This document shows positions 47,645-64,000 of a stretch of 64,000 nucleotides of DNA, one piece after another. A program made the position numbers and the translations under genes. Each line of letters begins with the position of its first letter. The stretch's first letter is position 1. The stretch comes from the human T2T-CHM13v2.0 reference genome, Homo sapiens: assembly GCF_009914755.1 (NCBI RefSeq), contig NC_060934.1. One strand, written 5' to 3'. The notes under the pieces are model-generated. The model was not told the origin of the DNA and made no database searches. It was given only the letters and a program-made list of their open reading frames with translations.

Positions 47645-47755
47645 CTTTTCTTTTTTTATACTTTAAGTTCTAGGATACATGTGCACAATGTGCAGGTACA
47701 TATGCATACATGTGCCATGTTGGTGTGCTGCACCCATTAACTCATCATTTACATT
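47645..47755 (-). mobile_element. Severely 5'-truncated L1PA 3' end
   Basis: ttatactttaagttctaggatacatgtgcacaatgtgcagg...gtgtgctgcacccattaactcatcatttacatt; flanks share ttacatttct. Confidence 0.88.
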
Positions 47756-48359
47756 TCTAAACATTCTCCCAGACTAGTGCCAGCACTCAGGAAGCACTGA
47801 TCTACGCCAGCCTTTAAGATGAGGAAGGTGAGTCTCAGAGAAGATGTGACTTTCTCAGGACAATGCAGAGAGCCTAGGGTGGAGCCGGGTCTTCTGCCTC
47901 CCATGCTGACTCTTCCTATCCAATAGTCGGGTCCTTCCACAAAGGCCCCAGGCAGATGAAGCAGAGAAAGGAAATTCTTGCTTCTTTTGTTACAAGTTCC
48001 TAATCTATTGGCAACACAATTCAAGAACCTGAGAATTCCAATTTGCTAGAATTATTCTATGCCAATGTGAAGCACGGTGGGAATGGAAGAAACAGACGCT
48101 GTCTAGAGGCACTCAGACTGAGGTGGACTTGGGGAAAGTGGGAACATGGGACTTCTACCACTACTGAAGTCACACCTCAAAATTTCTGCTCCAAAATTCT
48201 GGGAATTAAGCCCAACACCAACCTCCAAAGTCTTCCTCTAAAAACAGTTTACAAAGCAGGTCAAACAATCTGTATGTGTTCTTTTCCCTGTTTGCCTATT
48301 TTGAGGAACCTTCAGATATACAATGTAAGATGTTCTATCAATGTTTCTCAAAATGAGGG

Positions 48360-48545
48360 TAAGGGATAAAAGACTAAACATTAGGTGCAGTGTACACTGC
48401 TAGGGTGATGGGTGCACCAAAATCTCAGAAAGCACCACTACAGAACTTACCCATGTCATCAAACATCACCTGATCCCTCCAAAACTATTGAAATTTAAAA
48501 AAAGAAAAGAAAAGAAAAGAAAAGAAATACAACTGGAAAAAAAAA
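48360..48545 (+). mobile_element. Older L1P 3' end with (GAAAA)n tail
   Basis: gtgtacactgctagggtgatgggtgcaccaaaatctcagaaa...aaaactattgaaat. Confidence 0.8.
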
Positions 48546-51500
48546 AAGTGGCATTCATCCATCAAAAAAAAAACCGTATTTCCCAAAATGTGATTTCTGG
48601 GCCAATTTGTTTAAGATGGAGATCCCCGAGGGCCACCTCAGCCCTACCAGGTTCTTCTAGAGTGTTTTGTAATAAACATCGTAGTGTGGGAACCCCTGCC
48701 TTTCATTGTTAATTCTTTCTTGCTGGGTTTCCTGGAGCTCTGCTCTTTGCAAACTGAGAACCTGAGCAGCTACTTGCTTATATGTGCTTACATGGTCTTT
48801 TTGTGAAATATAGATGTGTTTATATAGAGGAACATGATACAGCCACTTTGAAGGCAGGCTCTGGAACACAGTAACAATGCACAAACACAGACTTTGGACA
48901 GAAAAGAGACTATTTCCTTCAAACCCAGCATCTTCCTGACCTGGAAAAAAGGTAACTCTTCCATAACAAAGCTGTTCGGCTTTCTTGGTCCCTAAACTCA
49001 TCAAGCATTGCCCACAAAAACTATTTCCACTGCATTAACTCTACCTCAGTGCTTAGCCATTGTAGCTGCAGAGCATGCACAGAACACTCCTAAATTTTTT
49101 TTTTTACAAGTTTACAGATCCATATATTTAGTTCAAGATGCAACTGTCTTCTAAGAGACTGCGAAAAGGAAAAGAAAATAAATTCTTATTCAATAACGGA
49201 ATTATACGTAAGAATTTTGATACTTTTTTAGGTCAAGATGCAAAGCAAACTACATATGGATCATGAAGACGGCTAATGAGAAAAACAAATGGTTGCTTGC
49301 TTTTAAAGACAACCGAACTACATATAAATGTGAGGGGGCTGACTCCATTCTCAGGCAGTGGAGAGGGATGAGAGTTCAGATGCTGGCAGCAGTGACTGCA
49401 GACACCTGTGAACTAAGTTCCACTCCCCAAGTGCTCAGAGCTTTTCACTTACCCTCCTCCACATGGCTCCAGTTAAATACCTAGCAGAGGCCAAGCCTCC
49501 AGTCTTAAAAATAGACTTGCAGTGGTATCTGCCTGACAGCAACCTCTTCACCCAGGAAAGCACAGTTGGGGAAGACCCTAAAGAAGCACCAGTGGATTCA
49601 GGTCTTTCACTGCTGCCTTCTGCCACAGCCCACATAAAACTACAGTCACAGCAATCACAAAGGAGTGCAGTGGGTTTTGTGACCGTTTCTATGGTTCTAT
49701 GATATGATATCACAATGCACCACATTACAAAGCTAATGATAATTACAAATGTTGAACTTCTGCCCAAGATTTTGCTGGCCTGTGTATCTTATCAGATAGG
49801 AAATTCCTAATCTTTCTAGAAGCAGTTCCACTGTACCTACTCAAGCTCTTCTATGATAGACTATGAAAATGAACCATCAGTGGGAAAATTCACCAAGGGG
49901 CACTGAGGACACCCAGCCTTTGCATGCTGTAGGAGCTCAATAAACACCTGATGTGATGAGCCCCAGCCCAAAGCCAGGTGTTTTGGGGCTACACAGTGCT
50001 CGGCGAACAGATGCCTCAATTACTGCTCTTTCTTCATCAGTCACAGTGATTCTCCACAAATGAACATGGACTTTATTCTATATAGTGATTTAAGTCTTTT
50101 TTCTCAGACAAGTATCCCCTCCCTGCTTAAATCATCTGCTAGGATCTACTTGCTTCTCACTAAAGAATAAAATTTTCTCAGAGAGCAAATTGCCACCTTA
50201 CGATGCCAATATTTCTGGAATTTAGTTTGCTAAGGAAATGTTCTGCAGTTAGCCTGTGGCCTCATCAGTGATAATGGGGTTACTTTTCATTTTTGTTGTT
50301 GTTTTTTAATCAAAATGAAAGAACAAAAAGAGCTCAGCATGCCTTCCAAAAACACCTGCAGTTGCTCACAAGTCAGGATGATCTTTGCTGCTAAACAGAA
50401 CAGATTCAGTGGGAAGGCTGTGAAAAAGGGGTGCAATTGGACTTCCAGACAGTGACGACTCGGCCCATTTGAGGTTCTCCTGCTCAGCAGCGGCTATCCC
50501 TGCTCCCTGCTCCCCGTAAGTCCTAAAGTTCAGTCCTTCTGCATGGTCAGCCCTGGGCATCTTCTCTGCAAAGCCCAATGTTTAAAGGGTCTTACCCATC
50601 CCTCCAAAGCAGGCTGTGATTTTCTGAGCATACTGGCATATGCTCCGGTCTGGGCAGGTCTCCTCTGAAAGGCCTGCTTCCTCCATCCCTCTGCATGCAG
50701 CTGCTTCTCTTCCCGTAATGCCACTTGCCCAAGACCTGCTCAAAATGGAACAAGCAGCCAAACACCCTCTTCCATATCTTCTCCATTAATAATTCAGATA
50801 CTACATAAAATCTGCTGAGCATTCAGGATTGAGAGCACCATGGCACTCTGAGGACTGAAGCGTAATTAGTTTAACAGGCACCAAGTGTCTCAAATTACTC
50901 TCTGACAATACACTGCATAGGCAACGTTCCCAAAGAGGAATGAGAGGCAGGCTTGGAATGACTTCAAGGAAGCAGCCACAGATGAAGATCAGCTCAGAGT
51001 GGGGTCACAGGCACCCCCTGAGCTCAAACTCCATATGTTAGACAAGACTCTCCCATGAATCTCCTCCGTAGAATCAGAGCACTAAGTTGCTGCCCACACA
51101 TCACAATCCACCAGGCTGCAGTCTTTGTCAGCGGCCAAACCTTCTCTATGCCCTCAACACATCTCTTCATCCTTCCCCTGCTTCTTTTGCTTTTCCTGAA
51201 ATTCCTCAACCTCCTTCCCATTGGAACTTTCTGAAAATCCACCTGTGCTTAAAAATGCAGCTCAAACATTACCTCCTCCATACAGGCTTCCAGAATCACT
51301 CTGGCTAGAATCAATTTCTTCCTATCTTGTCCCCAGATAGCAGCTCTCCCATGGTATTTGTAATCCTGCCTTGCAATAAGGTTATCTATAGACTGTCTTA
51401 TTTCCCCTGCCAGCTGCTAAGCTGCTGGAGTGCAGGAGCCTTGCCTTTGTCACCCTGTTTCCTTTACATGAGGCTCTGTACATACTTGGTGCTCAATGCC

Positions 51501-52599
51501 TTGTAAATAACATTTGGTAATTCTCTATAAGTCACTGTGAAAAGAGTAGCCAATACTTGAAAAGGCAGATATCAAAGACAAAACACACTCTGGCCATTAT
51601 TAATGCTCTGCTAGGAGAGGAAAATGTTCACATTCTATACCATGGTGTCTAAGAACTTCTATACCACATATACAGCTGCAAGATATAATTATCATTCCTC
51701 CTGGTTAGAGCATAGCTAAGTGCCACTGAACTGGAAGGCACTAAGTGGCAGGCACATGCCCGAGAGGCCCTGGCCAGCTGTGGACATAGGAAGCTGTCCC
51801 AGTGGTTGGTAATTAGGAGACAGGCTGTCCTTGCTGGTGGGATAAATAGCTGAGCGTAGAACCAGAAACACCAGCATCAGCATTTCTCTGCACCTCCCCT
51901 GACGGAGTTGCTGACCTTGGAGCAGGTACACGGTGCCTGCCTGCTCCAGGTTCCCCACCGTGGCTCTCCCAGGAGGAAAAATGCAGAGAGAAGCGTTTCT
52001 AATGGCACCGTTTGAAGTATTTATAATTCGTCTCTCTCAACACTGAAAAGCTCTGACTCACTCTGGCAAACCTCATGTTCACTGTCAATTTACTAGGAAA
52101 TCTCCAATACCCCAGATAATCTATTTTCTGACTATGCTATTATCAGGGCTTCTCGCTCACTGGCTTCCTTTTTTGAGATGTTTCACCTGTGGAGTTCAGC
52201 TTTAGCTTCACAGAACTCCTGTAGTTTATGGTCACAAGAAATGTAAGCTAGATAAGGAATAGAACAGGAGACTGGTTTAAAATCAGTGCCAGGCCCTTCT
52301 CTACTCTTTGAGACTGTGAGCTAACTAAAACATTCATTAAGTGCCTACAAAAGGATGGGCCAGGTGTCAGCAGCCTTAATGATGAATAATGTAGGGGCCC
52401 ACAAACAGCACACGAATTAGCAGGAAACCAGGCGTGGGTGTGCCTAACTACAGTGCAACTTGGTAAATACCATGCCACTGTATCGTTACAGCAGTAAAAG
52501 TTTGGGGGTTTGGCTTAGAGTTTGGGGATATGGTTAATGATCTCTTTTAATTTTCTGTCTTTTTAAATTTTTTTAACGTTTCTCTTTTTTAAAAAATGT

Positions 52600-52907
<308 letters not shown>

Positions 52908-52927
52908 TAATAAAAGAAAATGTTCCA

Positions 52928-53214
<287 letters not shown>

Positions 53215-55554
53215 TCACATTTTACATGAACAACTTTATGTATTTCTATTGCATTCCCAATGATGACATGCACACACACAAGGCTTTCAGTCCACAAGGG
53301 GTGTGTCAAATGTGCTCCCTTGCATTCCCTCCATGCTGCACTCTGATTTTTTGAAAGAGCATGACAGGGAAAGATTAAGTCACCCTGGCACTGCCAGGAT
53401 TGTGAAGATACTGGTGTTCCATCTGGGCCTTGAAGGCAAACTAAGGGAATAAAGAGGTTAGAGGAGGGCAGAAAAGAACATTCCAAACAGAGGATGCTCC
53501 AGAAAAAAAGCTTCACTCAGATCACACAAGTTGATGGGAAGGACGTCAAAGGACATGGAGAAGCTCTTAGAAAGAAAAACCTATCCTTCCACATATAAAC
53601 AACTCTATTTAGAGAGATAACATGGCATGACCTTTGAGCAGGCACAAAGCAAGCCTTTAAAAGCATACTCAATTGTCATTCTTTCTTTAGAGTACCAGAA
53701 TTCTGGGAAAACTGTTGGCATGGATCCACAAATACATTTCACACTGATTCAATATTAACAGCCTCTCTCAGCGCTTGTTTTTTCCAAGTACTTAAAACCA
53801 CAAATTTGTTAATCATAGCAGAAGTCCTGTGAGATGGAGCCCCCACATCTCAGACTGAGAAACTGAGACCCGGGAGAGTACTGCTTTTCTCTGCATTAAA
53901 TCCACAGTCAAAATTAGATGTTTGTAAAGAACCTAAGCTTCCCAAAAGGGAATCCCAGGCCTTAATAGGAATAAAAGATGCCTTTGGCTATTTTGGAGTT
54001 CACAGTTATAGAAGGTTTTAGAATACAGTCTTTTAAATGTGGCTACAGAGAGACAATACCTTTTCTAACAATGGAGAACTTTCTGCTGTCTTCCCATAGC
54101 GTGGGCAAATCAGGTGACCTTTTTCCTGAATCCTTTATCTAGAAAGGACAATGTATTGGACACAAAATTGGCAGTCTCTGATATGAAAATGCTTTTGGGC
54201 AGAATCATTGTCCAGGCATCACTGAATCTATTGGCTGCCAAGACAGGGTATGCAATACCTACAACATAATTTTCTGCAGTGTGGAGAGAAAATTCTGGAT
54301 TTCATATATTTATTCTTATTCTTTAAGACTTTACCTATATGTTTAAAAGTGTAGATAATGGTAATATAGCACAAGTTTATTATTTACCAATAAATAATAT
54401 ACATATATATTATGCATTGTTTTTCTTTTTTACTGCTAGGGATGCAAAATCAATAGAGTTTGGAGACCAGGGATTACTCTACCAAAATAAATCACAAAGA
54501 AACTAATCAGAACTCAACCAGAGGTAAGTACTAAATTTTTACTCGACGATAGATGAAACTAAAGTTAAAAGTAAAAAAACAAACAACAACATGGTCAGTA
54601 AATCTGTAGGCTCTGGAAGTAAGAATAACCTAGTTCAAATCTTGGTTTTGCTACTTGCTGCTCAGCAACCTCAGGTGGGTTCTTATTGAAGCTTGGTTAC
54701 TTCATCTGTAAAACAGATACAAGAATATCTCCCTCATGTATATATCAAATAGTTCCTGATATCCTTGATAGTTCCTGGTACATAGAAAGGGCTTCATAAA
54801 TGTTAATCCAGAGGTTGCAAATTAAAATAGGACTGAAAGTAGAATTTTTTAAATGGAGGCAGTAGATTGGTCCTGAGATAACTGTGAATGGTGGCATATA
54901 TATAAAGTAAATTATATCTTAACTTTATAAAAGGAGGAGCCAGTACTCAGATCCAAGCAATTATTGCTGTTTTAGAATCCAAGCCAGCCAGGTATTGCCA
55001 GATGTTCACATTTTTATAGGAAATTTCCCAAGTTTCAAACATTTGCAACTCATAAAAAGAAAAAAGCACCACTGTCCACGTCTCCACCCTCCAGCAAAAC
55101 AGAACAAAACATGTTCACAGGCCTACCATGGCCTTTAGGCTATCAGTCTGGGATCCACATATTAGTTATTATAAAAGCTGTGATTTAAACCCTCCTACTC
55201 ACCAAGTTTAAACCAAACAGTTGTGATTTATTTTGGGTACCGGGGGAAGGTAGCGGGGTGCAAGATTTTTAGAAGCATTGGAAGTTTCCACAGAGAAAAC
55301 CTATACCTTCCCATTTCTAAAATCAGATTTTAATCTGCTGTGAACCACTGCAAAAGTGACCATGTAGTCCCAAAAACAGTGTATGATATTAACTAGTAGC
55401 ACTTCCAAAGCAAATGTTTCCTAATAACAAATACAAGAGCATGTCTGCTCCTCTCCCTATTATATTATTTTGTTTATTCCTACACATACAGTCTTTTCTC
55501 TTTAACCACTAGTAGGATACTATTACACATTTTACTCTACAATTTTTCCCCTTG

Positions 55555-55890
55555 AATTAATTTTTTGTTTCTTTGATTAAATTAAGGTATAATTTACATA
55601 CTGCAAAAAGCATAGATCTTAAGTATACAATTTGATGAGTTTTAACAAATGCTTTCACCTATGTAAACCACATGTCTGTCAAGATATAGAACACTTCCAG
55701 AACTGCAGAAAGTTCCTCTGTGCTCCTTCCCAGTCAATCCCTGCCCTCACACCATAGCCACTGTTCCCATTTCTATCATTTTTTGCACATTCCAGAACTT
55801 CATATAAATAGAACCATCCAGTATGTGCCCTTTCACCCCAGCTTCTTTCACTCAGCATGTTTTTGAGACTCATCCATATTCCCCCATTGA
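55555..55890 (-). mobile_element. L1M 3' UTR fragment
   Basis: ttaaggtataatttacatac...ttctttcactcagcatgtttttgagactcatccat. Confidence 0.8.
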
Positions 55891-56544
55891 GTTTTACCTC
55901 TAGCATGTACCCCAATGCAAAAATAATCACTTCTCTCCAGTGTGTTAGAAATCATCATCTGGGTGCTATTACTTTGCAGTAAACATCCATTCCATGAGAT
56001 TTTGGAAATGAGAACAAATGCAATGTCTACCTTTGGAGCCCCAAAGCATGCCAGTGTTGACACCATGTCATTGACTGGGAGGGGGTGTGGTTGGGGGGTC
56101 CTTCGAGGTAGGCAGTACTAGGGGATGGGCAGACTTCAGGTTGCATGAAATTGAAAGGGGGCAGTGCTTGGGGGAGGGAATCCATTGGAAGAGCTGTTTC
56201 TACAAATACTGAATAAAAAAATTGTACATGGGGAAGTAGTCAACTATCCATCAGCATTTGAGAGGAGGAAGAAAGGAAAGAACACCCAGCCTGGGAGGAG
56301 GTGGGAGGAGAGATGGATAAGTTTGATGACCAAGGGACAAGTGGAGTGAGACAGGGATATTAGTAGATAAGGAAAACAAGATCTAAGATTGTCTCACAAA
56401 TAGTACCCACTGGGCCATTCCTTTCTTACATGGGTTCATATTCCCAGCCAAACTGAGGATGGGCACTATTTATAGGAGACAGCCCTAATAGAAAAATGGC
56501 CAGAAGAAAAAGGACATGGATACTTGATAAGGGGGAAATCAATC

Positions 56545-56693
56545 TTTCTTTCTTTCGTTTATTTATTTAGTTTTTAAGAGATGGGGTCTTGCTATGTTGC
56601 CCAGGCTGGACTCAAACTCTAGAGCTCACGGAATCCTCCCACCTAAGCCGTATAGGTAGCTAGGACTACAGGTACACACTGCCATGCCCAGCT
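56545..56693 (-). mobile_element. Alu monomer (FLAM-like)
   Basis: Antisense monomer; flanks share gaaatcaa. Confidence 0.8.
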
Positions 56694-58544
56694 TGAAATC
56701 AACCTTCAATGTAAGGGGAGGCATCAAAAAGAATCCCAAAGATTAGAGACTGCAAAAAAGTAGAGCCATTTAGATAAGAAACACAGGAAAGACAATGAGA
56801 TTTGGTGGAAAGAGGTAACAATGAGCTAATTTCAGATGTAATAAGAAGCTTAAGAGGTCATCAGAACATCCATGAAGTGGTGTCCAGCTGGCAGCTGAGA
56901 ATGCTGCTCTAGGTCTCACGGAAAGTCAGAGCAGGAGGGATAGCTTTCGTAGTATCCATCCACCCGGAGGTGAGAGCTGAGCCACAGGCATAGATGAAAG
57001 AGAAAAGGAATCACTGAACTGTGAACTTCTTAAAAGCAAAGCTAGTCTTCCTCATTTCTATGTCTGTTTCAGGAGAACTGCTTTCCCAAACATTTATGAA
57101 CTTTGGACATTAAAATGAATCTTTCATTTAGGTTATCTTGGAAAAAATATGAAAACTGCCCATCTAGGCTCAAATTTACTCAAATTGACCCTGTGCACAT
57201 AAATGCTTGAGCCTCTTATCTCATTGCATTAACTAAATGATCTAACTCAGCAGTACTTCCTAGCATCCTCATTAAAGACAGGTACATTTTATTGATTAAA
57301 ATTTCCAGTAACACAGCATAATGCTATTACTTACCCTGTCAAGGAAAGGGAGAGAAGCAGTTTGAAAACAAAACAAACAAAACAAAACAAACAGCACTCA
57401 CAGAAGGCTTCCAGCCATCCTTGGATACCACAGAGAATTTGAAAATTTGGTAATTAACCTCACCTAAGAGGATGCAGATTTGCAAAAAACAGCTCCAGAA
57501 AATATTGGATTCCAGGGAATATTACCCCTTTCATAATCCATTTTATGATTATAAATGTGCAATCATCAGTAAAAATGTGCACAGAAAAATCTAAAATGTG
57601 GCACAGACCATGATCTGCATCAAGGCAATTCAATCAGCATTTATTGAGCATTTCTTTGTGCACAGCCCTGCAATAGGTATGAAACAGGAGAACAAAGTGC
57701 TTTGCTTTTCATTTTCTGATGGAAACCAATGTATTCTTTAAAGCTTACAATATAGGAATTTTCAAGACAAAGCTAACAAAAATAGCCTGCCTCAGGATGA
57801 AGTGGGTGGTAGATATCTTCAATAGGACAGATGGATCATCTGGAGCTCCGTGTGTGTGTTGTGGCGGGAGGGAAGGGGGATCTGGGGATCTGGGGTTATT
57901 TATTTATTTTTGGGGAGGAGAGAATGGCTTGGCACAATTAATTGTTAAACTCACTTTGGCATATGGTGCAGCCGGGAAGAAAAGGCAGCCTCAAAATAGA
58001 GAACAGAGCAAATGGTAATGCCTAAAAATGTAGAAGGCTAGGAAAAGAGCTTGTTAAGGATACAAATCATAAATGGTTTCAAATCACCATGTTAAAGTGT
58101 AAGAAAAAGCTAGTACCTCCTTGAAGGCCCACAGAAGGGACTGCAGAACTCATGAACTAGATGGAAACAAAGTCAGACCAGCATAGGCTGAAGAACGCGG
58201 GCCAAAGGAAACATCACACAAGGTTCCTTGACCATCCCCCATTCCTGCTTTCATTCATATCCTTCCCAAAATGCTGTTCCAGTTCCCCTTCAGGTCTACC
58301 CCTCTGTGATGCCTTCTAAATTTGCCCATCCCTGAATTGCTATTTCACCCCTAAAATTTCAAACTTGATTTACAATTCCCTGAAATTATGTCAAAATCAA
58401 CTCAGTGATTGTTTCTCCCATTTCAATTTTTCTGATATGGAAATAAGATACATATATTAGAGAAAACTTAAAAAACACTGAAATCTATTGAGAAATGGAA
58501 ATACAATCCCTCCATCCAGAAACCACTATTAATTATTCAGCCAA

Positions 58545-58850
58545 TTTTCTTTTTTTGTTTTTTGTCTGTTTCAGACAGGGTCTTGCTCCCTCATCCAGGA
58601 GTGCAGCAACTCGATCTTGGCTCACTGCAACCTCCGACTCCCGGCTCAAGAAATCCTCCCACCTCAGCCTCCCGAGTAGCTGAGACTACAGGCATGTGCC
58701 ACCACGCCCAGCTAATTTTTGTATTTTTTTGTAGACATGGAGTTTCACCATATTACCCAGGCTGGTCTTGAACTCCTGGGCCCAAGCGATGAGAAGTTCA
58801 AGTCAATCTCGAAGTGTTGGGATTATAGGCGTAAGCCTCTGTGCCCAGCC
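58545..58850 (-). mobile_element. AluJ
   Basis: Diverged antisense Alu. Confidence 0.85.
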
Positions 58851-58974
58851 TTTCCACAGATTCTTTTCCATGAATTTTTAATGGAGTTCAGATCACATTA
58901 CATATGCAATTTGTAACTTTGCTTTTTTGAAACTTTCCCCCATTTATTCAAATCTATTGTAATATTTTTAACGT

Positions 58975-61015
<2,041 letters not shown>

Positions 61016-61032
61016 AATATTTTAAAAAATCA

Positions 61033-61384
<352 letters not shown>

Positions 61385-62062
61385 TCATTTTTTATAATAG
61401 TTAAGATATCTTTACCCCATTAATTTGTATAGCAATGAGCAATGCTAATCCAAAACCCTTACTATGGTATGCAATCACAGGCAGGCCCTTGTTCATGTCT
61501 TCATCCTCATCTCTGAAGCCTTCCTCCTCATTCACTAAGCTGCAGTCACAGTGGCCATCATTCATTCCACATGGCACAGACCTCAGACACACTCTTCCCT
61601 CTGCAGGCAGTCTCTGTGGCTCCCAACCCCACCACACACACTTTTATTTATCAGCCAGGCCTCCGCTTCAGTGTCAGCTCCTTGGAGAGGTCTTCCTGGA
61701 TGCCCCAACTAAATTAGATTCTCTTATTATCCTATATATTTTCTCATGGTACCACAATTTATAATTATGCAGTTGTCTGACTTCTCAAAAGCCTGCAAGG
61801 AGCATCACATGAGGAGGGACCATATTTATTATATGACCAATTATTTGGACACGATGACGGGCTTCAGTAGTTGTTCAATTACTGATCTGAATCTTTTTTG
61901 TTTTCAATAAAGATGAAATCCCTAGAGTGACTTAAAAAAATAAAAGACTATTGAGAAGAGAGACATTAAGGGCAAAATTCAGGCAAATGTAATCAGAGGA
62001 AAAAAAAGTGGGGAGAACCAGGTTATCTAGTTAGCAAAATAGAGTTTAAGAGGGACCATCTG

Positions 62063-62362
<300 letters not shown>

Positions 62363-63297
62363 TTAATTAATTAAAAAGAAGAGAGACCTTTTGTACACAC
62401 CTTTGGTCTCAATTCCTAAGAATCAGTTTAGCAGTTATTATTTTAAATGTACATCGTAACTGTAAAAATGTTTCATATTCTCAGCCACTTGGTGTTCAGG
62501 AATTCAGAAGGTAGTGAGACATAAGTTCTGCAGTCAGAGTTGGGTTCAAGCTCTGGCTCCGCTATTTACCACGAAGTTGGGCAAGATTTACCACGAAGTT
62601 GGGAAAATGTTTTGTAAGTAACAGTTTCCTCACCTCCTTCCTAGAACTGTTAAGGCAATTAAATGAGATTTAAATTAGATAATACAATATGTAAAGACAT
62701 AGCACAGTGCCTGCCACAGAGTGAGGACTCAAAAGATCTGAGCTATCTTAATAATTGTTATTCTTTTTTTTTTTTTTTTGAGATGGAGTCTTGCTCCATC
62801 TCAAAAGTGGAAGTGAAGTGAAGGGACACTGTTAAACCTTCAAAATCAGAAATTTATAAGAATGCTCTGAGAGTCATGAAGAGACTAGAAAAATATTTTC
62901 TTCTTCATAAAGATGGAAAATCTTTAAAGATGAAAGTTTGTGGGAGGCTGGATCTCAGGCAGTTTCTGCCCAGAATTCCCTGACCTAATCTTTCTCCTTA
63001 GAACCTCTCTTGGCTCTCTTGCTATATGAACACACGGCTCTTTCCATGGCCATCATATAATGGTAGAAAGTCCTCTGTATCAGCGTGGTTATAACCAAAT
63101 GCTCCTTATGTCCTGAGATGGAATATCTTGCCCATCCCTATGTCCCAGATGTTCCCTATGTTCCCTATGTTCCATTCACCCTATGTCGCCAAGTATCCAC
63201 AATCATTGAAGAGCTGTCATCATTGGGTAGAGAGCCCCATGTTGATGACTCCCAAGCTGAAGCCTACATTACAATAAGATGACAAGTATGTACCAGC

Positions 63298-63661
63298 TGA
63301 TATGGTTTGGCTGTGTCCCCATCCAAATCTCATCTTGAACTGTAGCTCCCACAAATCCCCACATGTTACTGGAGGGACCCAGTGGGAGGTAACTGAATCA
63401 TGGGGGTGGGTCTTTTCCATGCTATTCTTGTGATAGTGAATAAGTCTCACAAGATCTGATGGTTTTATAAAGGGCAGTTCTCCTGAACATGGTCTCTTGC
63501 CTGCCTCCATGTAAGAGGTGACTTTGCTCCTCCTTCTCCTTCTGCCGTGATTGTGAGGCCTCCTCAGCCATGTGGAAATGTGAGTCCATTAAACCTCTTT
63601 CCTTTATAAATTACCCAGTCTCAGGTATGTCCTTATAGCAGTGTGAGAACAGACTAATACA
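63298..63661 (+). mobile_element. THE1 solo LTR (MaLR)
   Basis: tgatatggtttggctgtgtccc...attaaacctctttcctttataaattacccagtctcagg...agactaataca; TSD CCAGC at 63293-63297 and 63662-63666. Confidence 0.92.
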
Positions 63662-63737
63662 CCAGCCACTAGCCTTTGCGTGTATTTACATATACAACTC
63701 CTGTCATGCTTACCAGGACCTTATGCATTAGCTAAGA

Positions 63738-64000
63738 TGTACTAGTTTTCTGGGGCTTCTATTACAAAGTATCGTAGACTGGGTGGCTTACACAACAGAA
63801 ACTGTCTCACAGTTCTGGAGACTAGAAATTCAAAGTCAAAGAGTGCAGAGTCGGTTCCTTCTGAGGGCTGTGAGGGAGAATCTGTTCCATTCCTCTCTGC
63901 TACTCTCTGGTAGGTTCAGGCCTTTCTTGGTTTGGAGATGGTTCTCTTGTGTCTTTATGCCATTTTTACCTATGCATGTCCATCTCTGCATCCAAATTTC
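63738..64000 (-). mobile_element. MLT1-family LTR, runs off the window end
   Basis: tgtactagttttct...gactgggtggcttacacaacagaaa...tctcacagttctggag, reverse complement of an MLT1 3' end. Confidence 0.8.

Noticed and set aside
53960-53969. CArG box CCTTAATAGG
   Set aside because: Isolated; several such 10-mers are expected by chance in 64 kb.
63085-63282. ORF containing PYVPDVPYVPYVP, reminiscent of an HA tag
   Set aside because: It comes from a 9-bp repeat (ccctatgtt, 63136-63171); it is not YPYDVPDYA and there is no vector sequence.

Overview
Human (primate) genomic DNA from the 5' part of ABLIM1 (actin-binding LIM protein 1, chr10q25), transcribed on the minus strand. The gene was identified from memory of the protein sequence, not by a database search. 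The first coding exon of the long isoform is present (CDS 46004-46247, MPAFLGLKCLGKLCSS...SVDPF, phase-1 GTAAGT donor). A CpG-island alternative first exon encoding MVKEK (19956-19971) ends in the same phase, so both could splice to the shared LIM-domain exon, which lies outside the window beyond position 1. The rest is intron: about 30 Alus, L1M/L1P, L2, MIR, MaLR/ERVL LTRs, DNA transposon fossils, a U13 snoRNA retrocopy and microsatellites. Most ORFs in the supplied track are repeat-derived noise. No clear novel biological system is evident. The best leads are a candidate recursive-splice site with a stop-containing exon (~57.3-57.5 kb), a dispersed ~240-bp templated duplication, CRX-type motifs at the long-isoform promoter, AP-1/TEAD composite elements, overlapping uORFs at both start codons, a very young AluYc-type insertion and several template-switch scars. 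Repeat boundaries and subfamily calls were made by eye and are approximate.
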